A stretch of 60,928 bases of DNA from a virus. Lineage: Duplodnaviria; Caudoviricetes. A program made the translations under genes and the position numbers. This document shows positions 45,915 to 56,228 of this stretch, in pieces; within the stretch, counting starts at the first letter, position 1; each line of letters opens with the position of its first letter. The notes beneath the pieces are model-generated. The model saw only the letters and a list, made by a program, of their open reading frames with translations. It did no database searches and was not told the origin of the DNA. The stretch is taken from positions 1-60,928 of the IMG/VR virus record IMGVR_UViG_3300025018_000165. One strand, 5' to 3'.

Positions 45915-46826
45915 ATGTCTCATTTAATTCATCCCGATGACAGTTCACAAGTATCGGCTCAATATCCTTTGAGCACCGATGACATGTCGACTTCATCGAG
46001 TGTAGCAAGTATCACTGGTGAAACAGTTTCACTTTACTACTCAAATTCTGGAACTCGAACGATTGATGCCGGACAAGCTGCGGGTGTAGCTGTTCATGGT
46101 GTTTTAGCTAATCGGCCAGTTTTAGATGCCTCGGGCGGCAAAGTAGCAACTTTCAATGACAAATCATTATCATTTACAGGTGATTGTTTTACTACTGAGG
46201 TTAGATTTCCTGTTGATCGAGCAGAGAGACTTAAGAATGATACTTGGGCGAATAAACTAGCTGGTATCACATCAGGATTTGCTAGTGGAACTTATTGTAT
46301 TGATTACAAATCTGGTGATGTTTATGGGGTTAAAGCTACCACAACCTCATCTTTAACTTCAGCGGCTTATAAAATCAATCAAGCAAAAACTGATACATCA
46401 GTCACTCTATCCACTGGTGATGTAGAAATCGGTGCTGTTGAAATTAAAAATGCCACTGATGATACGCGAGCTACTGTTGGAGCTAACGGACTTTATGTTG
46501 ATGTCAGGGCGATGCCAGCCGGTGGACTAACAACCTACTCTGCCCAGACAACCATTGGTCATGGAGTCAAAACTGTCACTACTGCTGGAACTGATGAAGC
46601 ATTAGCCGCTTCAACTGCTTGCAAGCGAGTAATTATTCAGGCACAAACTGATAATACTGGAAAAATCGCTGTTGGTGCTTCTGGAGTCGATGCAACAATC
46701 GCAACAGGAACTGGTGTCTTATTAGAACCTGGTGATGCAATTGAACTTGATACCGCTAATCTCGCGACTGTTTATATTGATTCGACTGTAAATGGAGAAG
46801 GAGTTCGATATACTTATTTTGCTTAA
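45915..46826 (+). CDS. Putative virion protein
   Basis: T/A/G-rich; GDVEIGAVEIK and C-terminal jelly-roll-like segment. Confidence 0.65.
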   Translation: MSHLIHPDDSSQVSAQYPLSTDDMSTSSSVASITGETVSLYYSNSGTRTIDAGQAAGVAVHGVLANRPVLDASGGKVATFNDKSLSFTGDCFTTEVRFPVDRAERLKNDTWANKLAGITSGFASGTYCIDYKSGDVYGVKATTTSSLTSAAYKINQAKTDTSVTLSTGDVEIGAVEIKNATDDTRATVGANGLYVDVRAMPAGGLTTYSAQTTIGHGVKTVTTAGTDEALAASTACKRVIIQAQTDNTGKIAVGASGVDATIATGTGVLLEPGDAIELDTANLATVYIDSTVNGEGVRYTYFA

Positions 46827-46858
46827 TAACCTAAACCTTTGGGTGATGGATAATTCAT

Positions 46859-48517
46859 ATGGCAGTAATTAAATCTCGTACAAGAATTGAAGAAGAAGAT
46901 GGTTTGCCCTCTGGTCTTCCTTATAAACTCAAATTTCCAAACGGTTCATTAACTGATAACGGAGACGGCACCTTTTCTTACGCTGCTGCTTCAAGCGGTC
47001 AATTAGTCTACGATGCTGTTGTTGCGCCGTCAGGAGGCGATTATACAGATGTTGCTTCAGCTATTGCTGCAGGTAAAGTATCGATAAAAGTAAAACCAGG
47101 TACTTATACTGTTTCTGCCACGATTGCTATTACAACTGCAGGAACAATTATTGATGGTTCTGGATGGACGACAATCTTCAAAGCAGATACTAATTTGAAT
47201 GCCAACATCTTCACAATTTCTGGCACAGATTGTGAGTTGCGGAACTTTAAATTAGATGGTAATTCAGCCAATGTTTCTTCTGGTGATTTAGTTGAGAGTT
47301 CAGGCAGTGGTCTTGTAGTGGATCATCTTTATTTTTATGACGGTGAAGATGAAGGATTAGATATAAATGGTTCTATTAATGTTAAAGTGACTAGATGTAA
47401 GTGGGAAGGTTCGCAATTTCTTTCCGCTATGACCGTGACTGGAAATGATTTCTTAATGTCTGATTGTTTTATTGAAAATTTTACATCTTCAGCTATTGGC
47501 TTTAACTTACCAACTAGATCTTTTATAAATAATTGTGCCTTTAGTCTCACCTCCGGTTCTGGGACCAATGTAATGACCGTTGGAACAGAATCTAAAGTAG
47601 TAAATTGCAAAATAGGAACTGTAAATGCTAATGTTTTGAATGCGTTATCTATAAATAATAATTCTCAAGTTAGTAATTGTGATTTAATTGTCACTGGTGG
47701 AAATGCTGCGTTGAATATTGCTGGGACTTATTGTTCTGTTTCCAATTGTTATTTACTAGGTGGGACAGCGACAGATTATTTGATCGACTGTAATACTTCT
47801 AGCAATGTCATGATAAGTAATAATGTGATGACAACTTGTGAAAAAGAGGCAATTTATTTAGGTGGTGGAGACCATTGTTCGGTAGTCGGAAACTCGATTT
47901 TAGCATCAGGACAAGGAATAAATAATACTTATGCAGCAATTCTCTTAACTGGAACGTCTACATATAATACGATCATCGGTAATACGATTAATTCTGCGAC
48001 TGTCAACAAAATTGCCTATGCTGTCAAGGAAGCTGCTGCGGCAGATGACTTCAATGTTATTTCAAATAACACTGTAGTCGGAGCACAGACGGCAACCTAC
48101 TTAATTCAAGGCGTTGGTTCAAATAAGTTAGCTTCGCCTCAAAAAAAATCAGTTGAAATTGTTGTTTTCGATTATACTACTGATACAGCTACTGGAGACG
48201 GAAAAGGTTATTTCCATGTCACCAGCGACTTAAATGGAATGAATTTAGTCGGAGTCCACGCCCAAGTGATTACAGCTGGAACAACTAATACCACTGATAT
48301 TCAAATTGCTAACGTGACTGATTTGGTTGATATGTTATCGACTAAAATCACAGTTGACTCTGGAGAAACTGGTTCAGATACAGCGGCAACTGCGGCAGTA
48401 ATTAATGCGGCAGCTGACGATGTGGCAACCAACGATTTGCTTCGGATTGATGTTGATGCTGTTTCAACTACTCCAGCTAAAGGTTTGATTGTTACTTTGG
48501 AATTTCAACTGCCTTAG
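46859..48517 (+). CDS. Tailspike-like right-handed beta-helix protein
   Basis: GGDYT..A.AI, I.GSG..T, LDGN motifs and repeated ISNN/IGN turns. Confidence 0.75.
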   Translation: MAVIKSRTRIEEEDGLPSGLPYKLKFPNGSLTDNGDGTFSYAAASSGQLVYDAVVAPSGGDYTDVASAIAAGKVSIKVKPGTYTVSATIAITTAGTIIDGSGWTTIFKADTNLNANIFTISGTDCELRNFKLDGNSANVSSGDLVESSGSGLVVDHLYFYDGEDEGLDINGSINVKVTRCKWEGSQFLSAMTVTGNDFLMSDCFIENFTSSAIGFNLPTRSFINNCAFSLTSGSGTNVMTVGTESKVVNCKIGTVNANVLNALSINNNSQVSNCDLIVTGGNAALNIAGTYCSVSNCYLLGGTATDYLIDCNTSSNVMISNNVMTTCEKEAIYLGGGDHCSVVGNSILASGQGINNTYAAILLTGTSTYNTIIGNTINSATVNKIAYAVKEAAAADDFNVISNNTVVGAQTATYLIQGVGSNKLASPQKKSVEIVVFDYTTDTATGDGKGYFHVTSDLNGMNLVGVHAQVITAGTTNTTDIQIANVTDLVDMLSTKITVDSGETGSDTAATAAVINAAADDVATNDLLRIDVDAVSTTPAKGLIVTLEFQLP

Positions 48518-48518
48518 T

Positions 48519-49514
48519 ATGAATAAGAATAACGGGCCATTCCTAGCCTTCGATACTCTATGGTTTCAAAAGCACCAAACTGTTTTGGTGTTTTTGCTGA
48601 ACAATTTTTTTACCAAGAGACTTTTCCGTTATCTCCTTAGGATTCATAAGGATTGTCCAGAGGAGCAGATTGTTGAGATAGGGCCGACATATTATAAGTT
48701 TGGGCCTTATGTCAAAGATGGGGTTGTCCACTTAAAGGCTGACTTGCGGACACATCCCAAATTCGCCAAGCGGATTTATTACTCCCTTCGCCCTCTCTGG
48801 TGGGCTTTACATTGTTGGGATTTACTAATTGCGGATCGATTTTTCCCGAGATTGAGTTTTGGATTTAGTTCGCTAGTCATTTATCCGGTTTCAGGTGTTT
48901 CGGCGGATGCTTATATTCGCGAAACTACTCAAGAAACTTGGGCTTCAAAGATTGCAAAGACCATAGGGATTTCGGTTGTTGATAATGCTATTCTCTCTAA
49001 TGTTATAACAACTGGGACTAATGGTTCGCTTCCTTACACTGACCTTCGGAAAATTTCCGCCGGTTTTTTAACCTCAACAATTTCAGGCGTGATAAATTCA
49101 GCGGTTATTTCTTTTAATTACTCCAACAAATTTTCCTCCGGTAGTGCTGTCCCGGCCTGTAATATTTATTCAAGTTCCCCAGCTTCCGATACGGCAATTG
49201 TTGTTGGGGATTATGATGGCTTTGGTTCCACGGAATTTTCAACAACCAAAGCCTATGCGGATATTGGCGCAGGCTATAACGATTGGACACTTAATGCTTC
49301 GGGTTTAGTTCACATCAATCAATCTGGGGTTACTCATTTTGGTTGTCTTGAAGCTAATTATGCAGTGACGGGGACTGATCCGTTAATGTCAGCTTCGAGT
49401 TTGACAGTTGGTTTCCAATTCTACGGTTCTAATCAGACCGGGACTTCTCAAGACCCGAAGTTGACCGTGGATTATACCCCTTCATTCATCCCCCAAATAA
49501 TTGTTATTTGTTGA
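48519..49514 (+). CDS. Putative virion protein
   Basis: C-terminal beta-rich domain ending DPKLTVDY; in structural operon. Confidence 0.6.
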   Translation: MNKNNGPFLAFDTLWFQKHQTVLVFLLNNFFTKRLFRYLLRIHKDCPEEQIVEIGPTYYKFGPYVKDGVVHLKADLRTHPKFAKRIYYSLRPLWWALHCWDLLIADRFFPRLSFGFSSLVIYPVSGVSADAYIRETTQETWASKIAKTIGISVVDNAILSNVITTGTNGSLPYTDLRKISAGFLTSTISGVINSAVISFNYSNKFSSGSAVPACNIYSSSPASDTAIVVGDYDGFGSTEFSTTKAYADIGAGYNDWTLNASGLVHINQSGVTHFGCLEANYAVTGTDPLMSASSLTVGFQFYGSNQTGTSQDPKLTVDYTPSFIPQIIVIC

Positions 49515-49515
49515 T

Positions 49516-49746
49516 ATGTCTGGGAGGATAACAAACGAAGTCCTCTGTGAGCGGATTGAGAGTTTGCACGCTTTAGTCAAACTTCAGTTTGAAACTAATA
49601 CTGAGGCTCATAATCAGGTTAATGCTCACTTGAAACAGCTTAACGGCCAAGTGATCAAGAATACGCGCTTTAGGTGGCAAGTTTTAGCTTATGTCCCATT
49701 AGTTGTTGTTCTAATAGAATTAGTTTTAAGAGAACTAATAAATTAA
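49516..49746 (+). CDS. Small membrane protein, holin-like (module B)
   Basis: HLKQLNGQVIKNTRFRWQVLAYVP nearly identical to the 22549 protein. Confidence 0.6.
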   Translation: MSGRITNEVLCERIESLHALVKLQFETNTEAHNQVNAHLKQLNGQVIKNTRFRWQVLAYVPLVVVLIELVLRELIN

Positions 49747-49748
49747 AT

Positions 49749-50705
49749 ATGAACTACGGCTTGCTTAGGGAGAAAAAACTAAACCCAAAAGATTATCGGG
49801 CCGGAGGTATTACACCAATTGAGCACAAGGTTATTTTGAAGGATGGTAATTATCTTAATTACTTGCCGAGGGCTGAATATCAAATAGGGGTTTACTTCGA
49901 CACGGCCGCATGTGTGTCATTCTCAGCTCTTAATTGCCTTGAGACCTTATCGAGAGTAGAAAAGAACCAAGAAGATTTCTCTGATCGTTTCACAGCAAAG
50001 ATGAGCGGAACGACTAAGAACGGAAATTACCTCAGCAAAGTGGCTGAGAGCCTTCGGTTAGATGGCGTTGTGCCGGAAGACGCATGGCCTTATCCAAGAG
50101 AACAGCGCGATCCTGTTTTCAATTGGTATGACTACTATTCTGAAATCCCCCAATACTTAAAAGATGCCGGGCAAGAATGGCTAAAGGCAAATGAAATAAG
50201 ATGGGAATGGGTTGATGTAAACGAAGCGGCCAACCGATTGATTTATGGGCCTCTACAAGTGACGGTCTATGCTTGGCCGAAGATTTATAACAATGAGGTG
50301 TTTTATACTGATGGGGGGAACACAATTCGCAATCACGCAGTTGAACTGGTAGCTGCCGACTCGCAAAAGTTCATTATCTATGACAGCTACGATAAAACGA
50401 TTAAGTTCCTATCCCTCAATTATCGTTTCGGTTCAGCCATCCAATTTTTCAAAACTCCTAAAATTGAAACGCCTTCTATGCCTATTTCATTACCTAACGA
50501 CATCTTAGTTCAAGAAGTTGAGCAGTCAGGAACTTTTGCCTTGCACTTAGATGGCAAATTGATCATTGGGGAAGAAGGCAAGCTCTTGGCGACTTGGCTG
50601 ATGCGGAACAAAGGCAAGGTTTCCGGCAAGGCTATACCGATAACAAAAGAGGATTGGGATATGTTTCCAAAAATTAACTTAAAAGGTGAACCCTTAAATA
50701 ACTAA
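49749..50705 (+). CDS. Papain-like cysteine peptidase, endolysin candidate (module B)
   Basis: EYQ...ACVSFSALN, FSDRF, NHAVEL and IYDSY motifs. Confidence 0.75.
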   Translation: MNYGLLREKKLNPKDYRAGGITPIEHKVILKDGNYLNYLPRAEYQIGVYFDTAACVSFSALNCLETLSRVEKNQEDFSDRFTAKMSGTTKNGNYLSKVAESLRLDGVVPEDAWPYPREQRDPVFNWYDYYSEIPQYLKDAGQEWLKANEIRWEWVDVNEAANRLIYGPLQVTVYAWPKIYNNEVFYTDGGNTIRNHAVELVAADSQKFIIYDSYDKTIKFLSLNYRFGSAIQFFKTPKIETPSMPISLPNDILVQEVEQSGTFALHLDGKLIIGEEGKLLATWLMRNKGKVSGKAIPITKEDWDMFPKINLKGEPLNN

Positions 50706-50709
50706 GTTT

Positions 50710-50907
50710 ATGAAAGCCGAATTATTCAGCACCTTAATGCACGTCTTAGAGCTCTTGGTCGTTGTCCTCATTTCGTGGTTTCTAATTTCAGTGTTTAAAA
50801 TTGAGGCAGAAAGTGTTAAAATAGTAGTAGGTTTAGTTTTAGCAGCCCTAGCCAAATTCGCTCGGGTTTCCGAGTTAAGTCCTGTCCCTGATTTTGTTAA
50901 TAAGTAA
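50710..50907 (+). CDS. Holin-like two-TM protein
   Basis: Two hydrophobic helices after the peptidase. Confidence 0.6.
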   Translation: MKAELFSTLMHVLELLVVVLISWFLISVFKIEAESVKIVVGLVLAALAKFARVSELSPVPDFVNK

Positions 50908-51169
50908 TCCATAATTTTATGGAAGAGGAAGTTGAGAGTTGATCATCTTTTCTCTCGTTCTCTTATTTAGGGGACGAGCCATAGCTGATCACCTGCACTG
51001 TTCGGTAAAACGACAGTATGGCAATTGGCACAAAGCTGATTAAGGGCCGAAAAAACTTTAATCTAGTCGGTCACACGGAGGTCAGTTTTTCCACAAGCTA
51101 TCGTAAAAAATCTATAAACTTTCATTTGAAATGAAGTATTTTTGATGGCTTGTGGGTCAAACTGAACTT

Positions 51170-51347
51170 ATGGAAAAACAACAAAAAATCAAAGAAAATA
51201 AATTGATAGGGGGTTGATAAACAACCCTTAATTTTGGCTTTTGCTATTCAAGCCGGAGTTGTTTATGGCCAGCACCAAGAAACCGGAGATATTTATTGGT
51301 GGAGCAAAACGGAAAAAGAATGGATTTTATTTAAGGTAACTATTTAA
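51170..51347 (+). pseudogene. Small gene frameshifted at a G5 tract
   Basis: Removing one G at 51209-51213 yields a continuous 58-aa ORF ending 4 nt before the next ATG. Confidence 0.4.
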
Positions 51348-51351
51348 GACT

Positions 51352-52503
51352 ATGTCAACAACTTTAAGTGATTTGGAGACACGGGTGCAGTCTTTAATCC
51401 GCGACAAAACCGGCGGATTTGTTTCGTCAGACGATATCAAAGAATCCGCAAATCGTGGATTGCGTTTTTTACAATCTGAGCTCGGACTTCACTCCAGTAA
51501 AAATAGATATGATTTTGATGTGTTCCCAAATGTTTACGAGTATCCCCTACCGACCGATTTTCATGATCCGATTACCATTCAGGAACGGGGTGAACCGATA
51601 AATTTTTATGCTAAAAGTCCTGATGAATTCTGGCTCAGAATTAATGAAGAAGACCGAACTTTTGCTGTTGATTCAATTCTAGGCAATAAATTCCTTTTGG
51701 TTAATTATGGCAGTGCTGGAAGCTCTAAATTGCTGCATAACTGCGATTCATTGACTGATAATGGTTCTTGGACAGCTGATGCTACTACAGATGCATTAAA
51801 TCTCACTTTAGATGAGATAAATGAAAAGAAAGGATCAGGATGCCTTAATTTTGACTTCGATGTTAGTCAATCAGCCAATAATTATGCTAGTATTTATAAT
51901 AGCGACATGGATGCGGTTGATTTATCCGATGAAGAAGACGCAGGAACGATTTTTCTTTATGTTAATATTCCAGATTCAACTTACATCTCCAGCGTAACAG
52001 TTTATTGGGGTTCGTCAGCGTCAGCTTATTGGTCAGGGTCAGCTACTACGCAATATAACGGAGCTGCTTTCCGAAATGGCTGGAATAGAATTGGCGTAGC
52101 CTGGGCAACAGCCACTGAAACCGGCTCTCCTGATTCATCTTCAGTTGATTATCTATCTGTTCGGATAACTTACAGTTCATCACAGACTGATGATACAGAC
52201 TTTTTGATTGATGATATTCGGTGCGAAACTCCTGAAAAATTGGAACTTCACTATTACAGCACCTATGTTGTGCAAAGTGCCGCCGGAACAAATCAAGCGG
52301 CGTTTTCTGCTACTGATGATTTGTTATTACTTGAGGATCAAGAAGCTGATTTATTGCTCTACTATATTTTACAAGATGCTCACATGTTGAAAGAGCAATT
52401 CAGTGAAATGGGCGTAGCACAAGCTCGATTTACGCAGGCATTACAAAATTACAAAATCCGTTATTTATCCGAACGCTCGCGTCCGACGCGACGCTACTAT
52501 TAG
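51352..52503 (+). CDS. Head-tail adaptor-like protein B with inserted beta domain
   Basis: TLSDLETRV, N.G and YEYPLPTDF motifs, helical C-terminus. Confidence 0.65.
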   Translation: MSTTLSDLETRVQSLIRDKTGGFVSSDDIKESANRGLRFLQSELGLHSSKNRYDFDVFPNVYEYPLPTDFHDPITIQERGEPINFYAKSPDEFWLRINEEDRTFAVDSILGNKFLLVNYGSAGSSKLLHNCDSLTDNGSWTADATTDALNLTLDEINEKKGSGCLNFDFDVSQSANNYASIYNSDMDAVDLSDEEDAGTIFLYVNIPDSTYISSVTVYWGSSASAYWSGSATTQYNGAAFRNGWNRIGVAWATATETGSPDSSSVDYLSVRITYSSSQTDDTDFLIDDIRCETPEKLELHYYSTYVVQSAAGTNQAAFSATDDLLLLEDQEADLLLYYILQDAHMLKEQFSEMGVAQARFTQALQNYKIRYLSERSRPTRRYY

Positions 52504-52504
52504 T

Positions 52505-54523
52505 ATGGAAGCCAAATGGCAAACAATCGAAGAATTTAACGCTGGACTACTCCACAAAAAAGACGTGACGCAAATGCCTGGCGGTGCTTTGATTTTAGGT
52601 TCTAAAAATGTAGTTCTAAACGACGGCGACCGAATTACCGTGCGCAAAGGAAGTGAATTATTTGGTGCGTCCAGCTCGACTCAAACGCCGATTAAAAGCA
52701 TGTACACCTTTAAGAAGCGCGATGGCTCGGAGATTATGATGCGTTCTTATGGGACGGTTTTGGAGTATTATCACCCTGATACTGCCGCCTGGACTAATCT
52801 TTACAGCGGTTATACCACCGGACAAATTTTTGGCTTTGCTGATCATAATGTAAATACTGATAACAGCGACTTTGTTTATTTCTGTAATGCTATTGAACCT
52901 TATTCAAGATGGAATGGTGCTTATACGATGTTGAATGGAGCATTATCTGGTGGAGAAACCGAAGTAGTAGTTGATGGTGTTTTAACAGAAGATGTTTTTT
53001 ATTCTGGAACAGCATCAGTTTGTTCGACCACAACGATTGACATAGCGACATCAAGCTGGGCAACTGATGTTTGGAATGATGATTTTTATGTCCTTATTAC
53101 TGACGGAGCTCAAATAAATGTTATTGCAAATATCACCGATACCACAACAACACGGATTACATTTGATACAATTACTGGACTTTCAGGAACTCCGACATTT
53201 CAAATTAGAAAATTAAAATTTTCGGGTTCAGGTAACTTACGAATTGGAACGACTACCGTTTCTTATACAGGATTTGACGATCAATATACTTTCAGCGGTT
53301 GTGGCAGTGTTCCGGCTGCTTTAGACAATGCGGCAGTTTGTCAGTCAATAACGGAATATCCGGCTAATCCGAGGGGGAATGTTTTAATGACCCTCCATAC
53401 TCGAGTTTATATTGCTAATATAACTGGACAAGAAAGCACTTTATATTATTCGACTATTGCTGATGCGACTGATTTCACATATTTATCACCCAGAAGTGCT
53501 GATGAGGGTGGTGTTATTGATACACCTGAAGGCGGCGGTGGAATTATTGGTTTAGGTAAACAAGAAGATGTTATTTATATCATTAAAGAAGATCTGGTTA
53601 AGACTTTGACATTCACGCAAGATGCGACTGATTTACCACAAATTTATCCATTAATTGATGCCCCTGGCGTTGGTGCGGTTACTGGATTGTCAGTTTTCAA
53701 AGTGGATAATGCTTTGATTTATGTTTCTAAGGAAGGCGGTGTAAAAGAAGTGTCTCGTGTTTCCGTAGTTGATTACGCTGAACCAAAACAAATCAGTGAT
53801 CCAATTGTAAATTTAGTAAATGATTTGGTATTTGATGCCTCCGCTGGGTTTTTCTTTAAGCAGAAGATGTATATTACTTGTCGAGAAAGTGACAGTTCAT
53901 ATAACAATGTTATTTTAACCTATAACTTCCAAAAGAAAGCATGGGAAGCTCCAATTTATGGTTGGGGAGCAAATTGTTTTACTATTTACGGAAATAAATT
54001 GTATTTTGGATCTTCAACTACACCTGAAGTTTATAAAGCAGAAATTGATACCTATACAGACAATGAAGTTGGTTATCAAGCGGTAGCGCGATTCAGTTAT
54101 AACAATTTTGGCTCGGCAACCAATCCAAAGGAGTTTGGAATGTTGTTTCTTGAAGGTTATATCTCAGAAAGCACGACAATCAATATCAAATTACGCTATA
54201 ATTATCTGGGGACGCAAGAAATTCGTGAATCGAGTTTAGCTGGTACCGAGACCGATTATATCGTAAAAGCGTCAACAGAAAATATTTTAGGTAATGAAGT
54301 TTTGGGTATTAATCCGTTAGGTTTACCGATAAATGAAGAAGACGTTCCAAATGAATTGCAGAAGTTTCGGGTGTATTTTACAACACCAAATGTCCCATTC
54401 TACGAAGTAAGTTTGGAAGTTTCATCAGATGAAGCTGGAAGTCGATGGGAGATTCTACGCTTTGGCTATGATGTAAAACTTTTGCCTACTCCGGTTGTAA
54501 ATAATAAAAAAGCACTAAAATAA
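52505..54523 (+). CDS. Tail nozzle / stabilisation protein B
   Basis: F..GL...NV...GDRITVRKG start, LYYS and ISDPI; propeller-like; follows adaptor. Confidence 0.7.
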   Translation: MEAKWQTIEEFNAGLLHKKDVTQMPGGALILGSKNVVLNDGDRITVRKGSELFGASSSTQTPIKSMYTFKKRDGSEIMMRSYGTVLEYYHPDTAAWTNLYSGYTTGQIFGFADHNVNTDNSDFVYFCNAIEPYSRWNGAYTMLNGALSGGETEVVVDGVLTEDVFYSGTASVCSTTTIDIATSSWATDVWNDDFYVLITDGAQINVIANITDTTTTRITFDTITGLSGTPTFQIRKLKFSGSGNLRIGTTTVSYTGFDDQYTFSGCGSVPAALDNAAVCQSITEYPANPRGNVLMTLHTRVYIANITGQESTLYYSTIADATDFTYLSPRSADEGGVIDTPEGGGGIIGLGKQEDVIYIIKEDLVKTLTFTQDATDLPQIYPLIDAPGVGAVTGLSVFKVDNALIYVSKEGGVKEVSRVSVVDYAEPKQISDPIVNLVNDLVFDASAGFFFKQKMYITCRESDSSYNNVILTYNFQKKAWEAPIYGWGANCFTIYGNKLYFGSSTTPEVYKAEIDTYTDNEVGYQAVARFSYNNFGSATNPKEFGMLFLEGYISESTTINIKLRYNYLGTQEIRESSLAGTETDYIVKASTENILGNEVLGINPLGLPINEEDVPNELQKFRVYFTTPNVPFYEVSLEVSSDEAGSRWEILRFGYDVKLLPTPVVNNKKALK

Positions 54524-54528
54524 CTATT

Positions 54529-56217
54529 ATGTCAGATTCGCGTCTATTTACGGCCTGCAAACCGACTCGTTTAACGGCTAATGTTTCTTCCACTGCCACT
54601 TCAGTCGTGGTAGCAGCGGTTGAGGATATTTACGGCAATACTTTAACTATGACCGACTTCGGTGATGAAGTTTGGGGTATTTTTGAGCCAAACTCATCAT
54701 CTAATCGTGAGTTTTTTCGATTGACCGGTATCAGTTCTACTACATTAACTGTAGAGCGTGGTATTGCAGCTAAATCGCCTTATGCAGCAGTTACGGCTAA
54801 CCGCAAAGCGCATGCTGCTGGGACTCAGATTATTCTAATGACTAATGCGCCTGCTTTTTATAATGATTTACTTGGCAAAGATAATGATGAGACAATTACT
54901 GGTGTCTTTACTTTCACTGATCCAAATATTCCTGAAATGGACAGTTATTCTGCCCCTACAGATGATACGCAATTGGCTACTAAAAAGTATGTAGACGACA
55001 CAGCAACCGGAACGACAAACGTTGATAAACTGATTATTGCTGGAACTGCTGGTGAGACCGTAGCTGCTGGTGAGGTAGTTTACATGGATACGACCGATAA
55101 TGAATGGAAATTAGCGGATGCTTCTGCTACTGGAACTTGTGAAAATGTGCTTCTGGGTATTGCCCAGGGTGCCGGAACTAATGGAGTAGCAATTTCCGGT
55201 GGTGTATTGCTATTCGGTCGTGATGACAACCAATCTGGGTTGGCTCAAGGTGATTTAATCTACATTTCCGATACGGCCGGAACTTTAGCGGCTTCGGCCG
55301 GAACACTAACAGTGTGTGTGGGTGCAGCGATTGACGCGGATTCTATCTACTTCGCCCCAACGCACTTCTTAAGTGCTAACAAGGCGGCTACCAAGACCTT
55401 GATTGACGCAATTACGGCTAGTGCAGCTGAGATTAACCAGTTGGATAATGCGACTATTACTGCGGCTCAACTTACTGAGGCTGGGACTTTCTTTGGCTCA
55501 ACTGACATTAGTGCGGCTGAGGCGGAGACATTGACAGATGGGTCGCTTGCGGATTCTTTGCACGGTCATAATTTATTCGAACAAATAGAAACAGAACAAT
55601 TAGCTCTTACTAAAGTCACTTGTGCTCCTGGGTCACTGAGAAATGGAACTGAAAACATTACCACTGGATCGATCTACCACGTTCTAGTTTGGACACTGTT
55701 TGAAACGACCGCAAATACTGGCAGTGATGTTATTTTGGGAATAGGAATCGCGGGTGACCTTAATCTATCGGCAATTACTGACATTAGATGGGATAATGAT
55801 TTAGAAATCACTTTTACGGCCGAAATTGATGTATTAACAAATCAAGATATTTTCTTCGGTTTTTATAGTGGTGTTCCAGCTGCTATTCCCGCTAATGCCA
55901 CCGACACCACAAGGCATGCTGGATTCTATATCGCTGATGGAACTATTTATGCTTCCCAAGCTAATAATACAACACAAGAAAAAACAGATATTTCTGCGGG
56001 TCTAACTTTGACAAATCAAAATGTTTATAAAATCGTATTTACAGCAGGGAGTGATACAAAATTTTATATAAACGGAACCTTAAAAGCTACTTTAAGCACC
56101 GATCAACCGACGGGAATTTCAACAAGTCCTGTTCCTGTTTGGGGTGTCACGACGGTAGCAGATGAACGTAAAGGTTTTGTAATTCATAATAATTGGGCTT
56201 TGAGAGCCGAAGTTTAA
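54529..56217 (+). CDS. Tail fibre-like protein B
   Basis: LTVERG...HAAG, LATKKYVD and AGETVAAGEVVY domains; C-terminal lectin-like KFYINGTL. Confidence 0.7.
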   Translation: MSDSRLFTACKPTRLTANVSSTATSVVVAAVEDIYGNTLTMTDFGDEVWGIFEPNSSSNREFFRLTGISSTTLTVERGIAAKSPYAAVTANRKAHAAGTQIILMTNAPAFYNDLLGKDNDETITGVFTFTDPNIPEMDSYSAPTDDTQLATKKYVDDTATGTTNVDKLIIAGTAGETVAAGEVVYMDTTDNEWKLADASATGTCENVLLGIAQGAGTNGVAISGGVLLFGRDDNQSGLAQGDLIYISDTAGTLAASAGTLTVCVGAAIDADSIYFAPTHFLSANKAATKTLIDAITASAAEINQLDNATITAAQLTEAGTFFGSTDISAAEAETLTDGSLADSLHGHNLFEQIETEQLALTKVTCAPGSLRNGTENITTGSIYHVLVWTLFETTANTGSDVILGIGIAGDLNLSAITDIRWDNDLEITFTAEIDVLTNQDIFFGFYSGVPAAIPANATDTTRHAGFYIADGTIYASQANNTTQEKTDISAGLTLTNQNVYKIVFTAGSDTKFYINGTLKATLSTDQPTGISTSPVPVWGVTTVADERKGFVIHNNWALRAEV

Positions 56218-56228
56218 TTTTCTAATTT

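Noticed and set aside
51087-51095. DnaA box variant TTTTCCACA
   Set aside because: Isolated and better explained as part of an RNA stem
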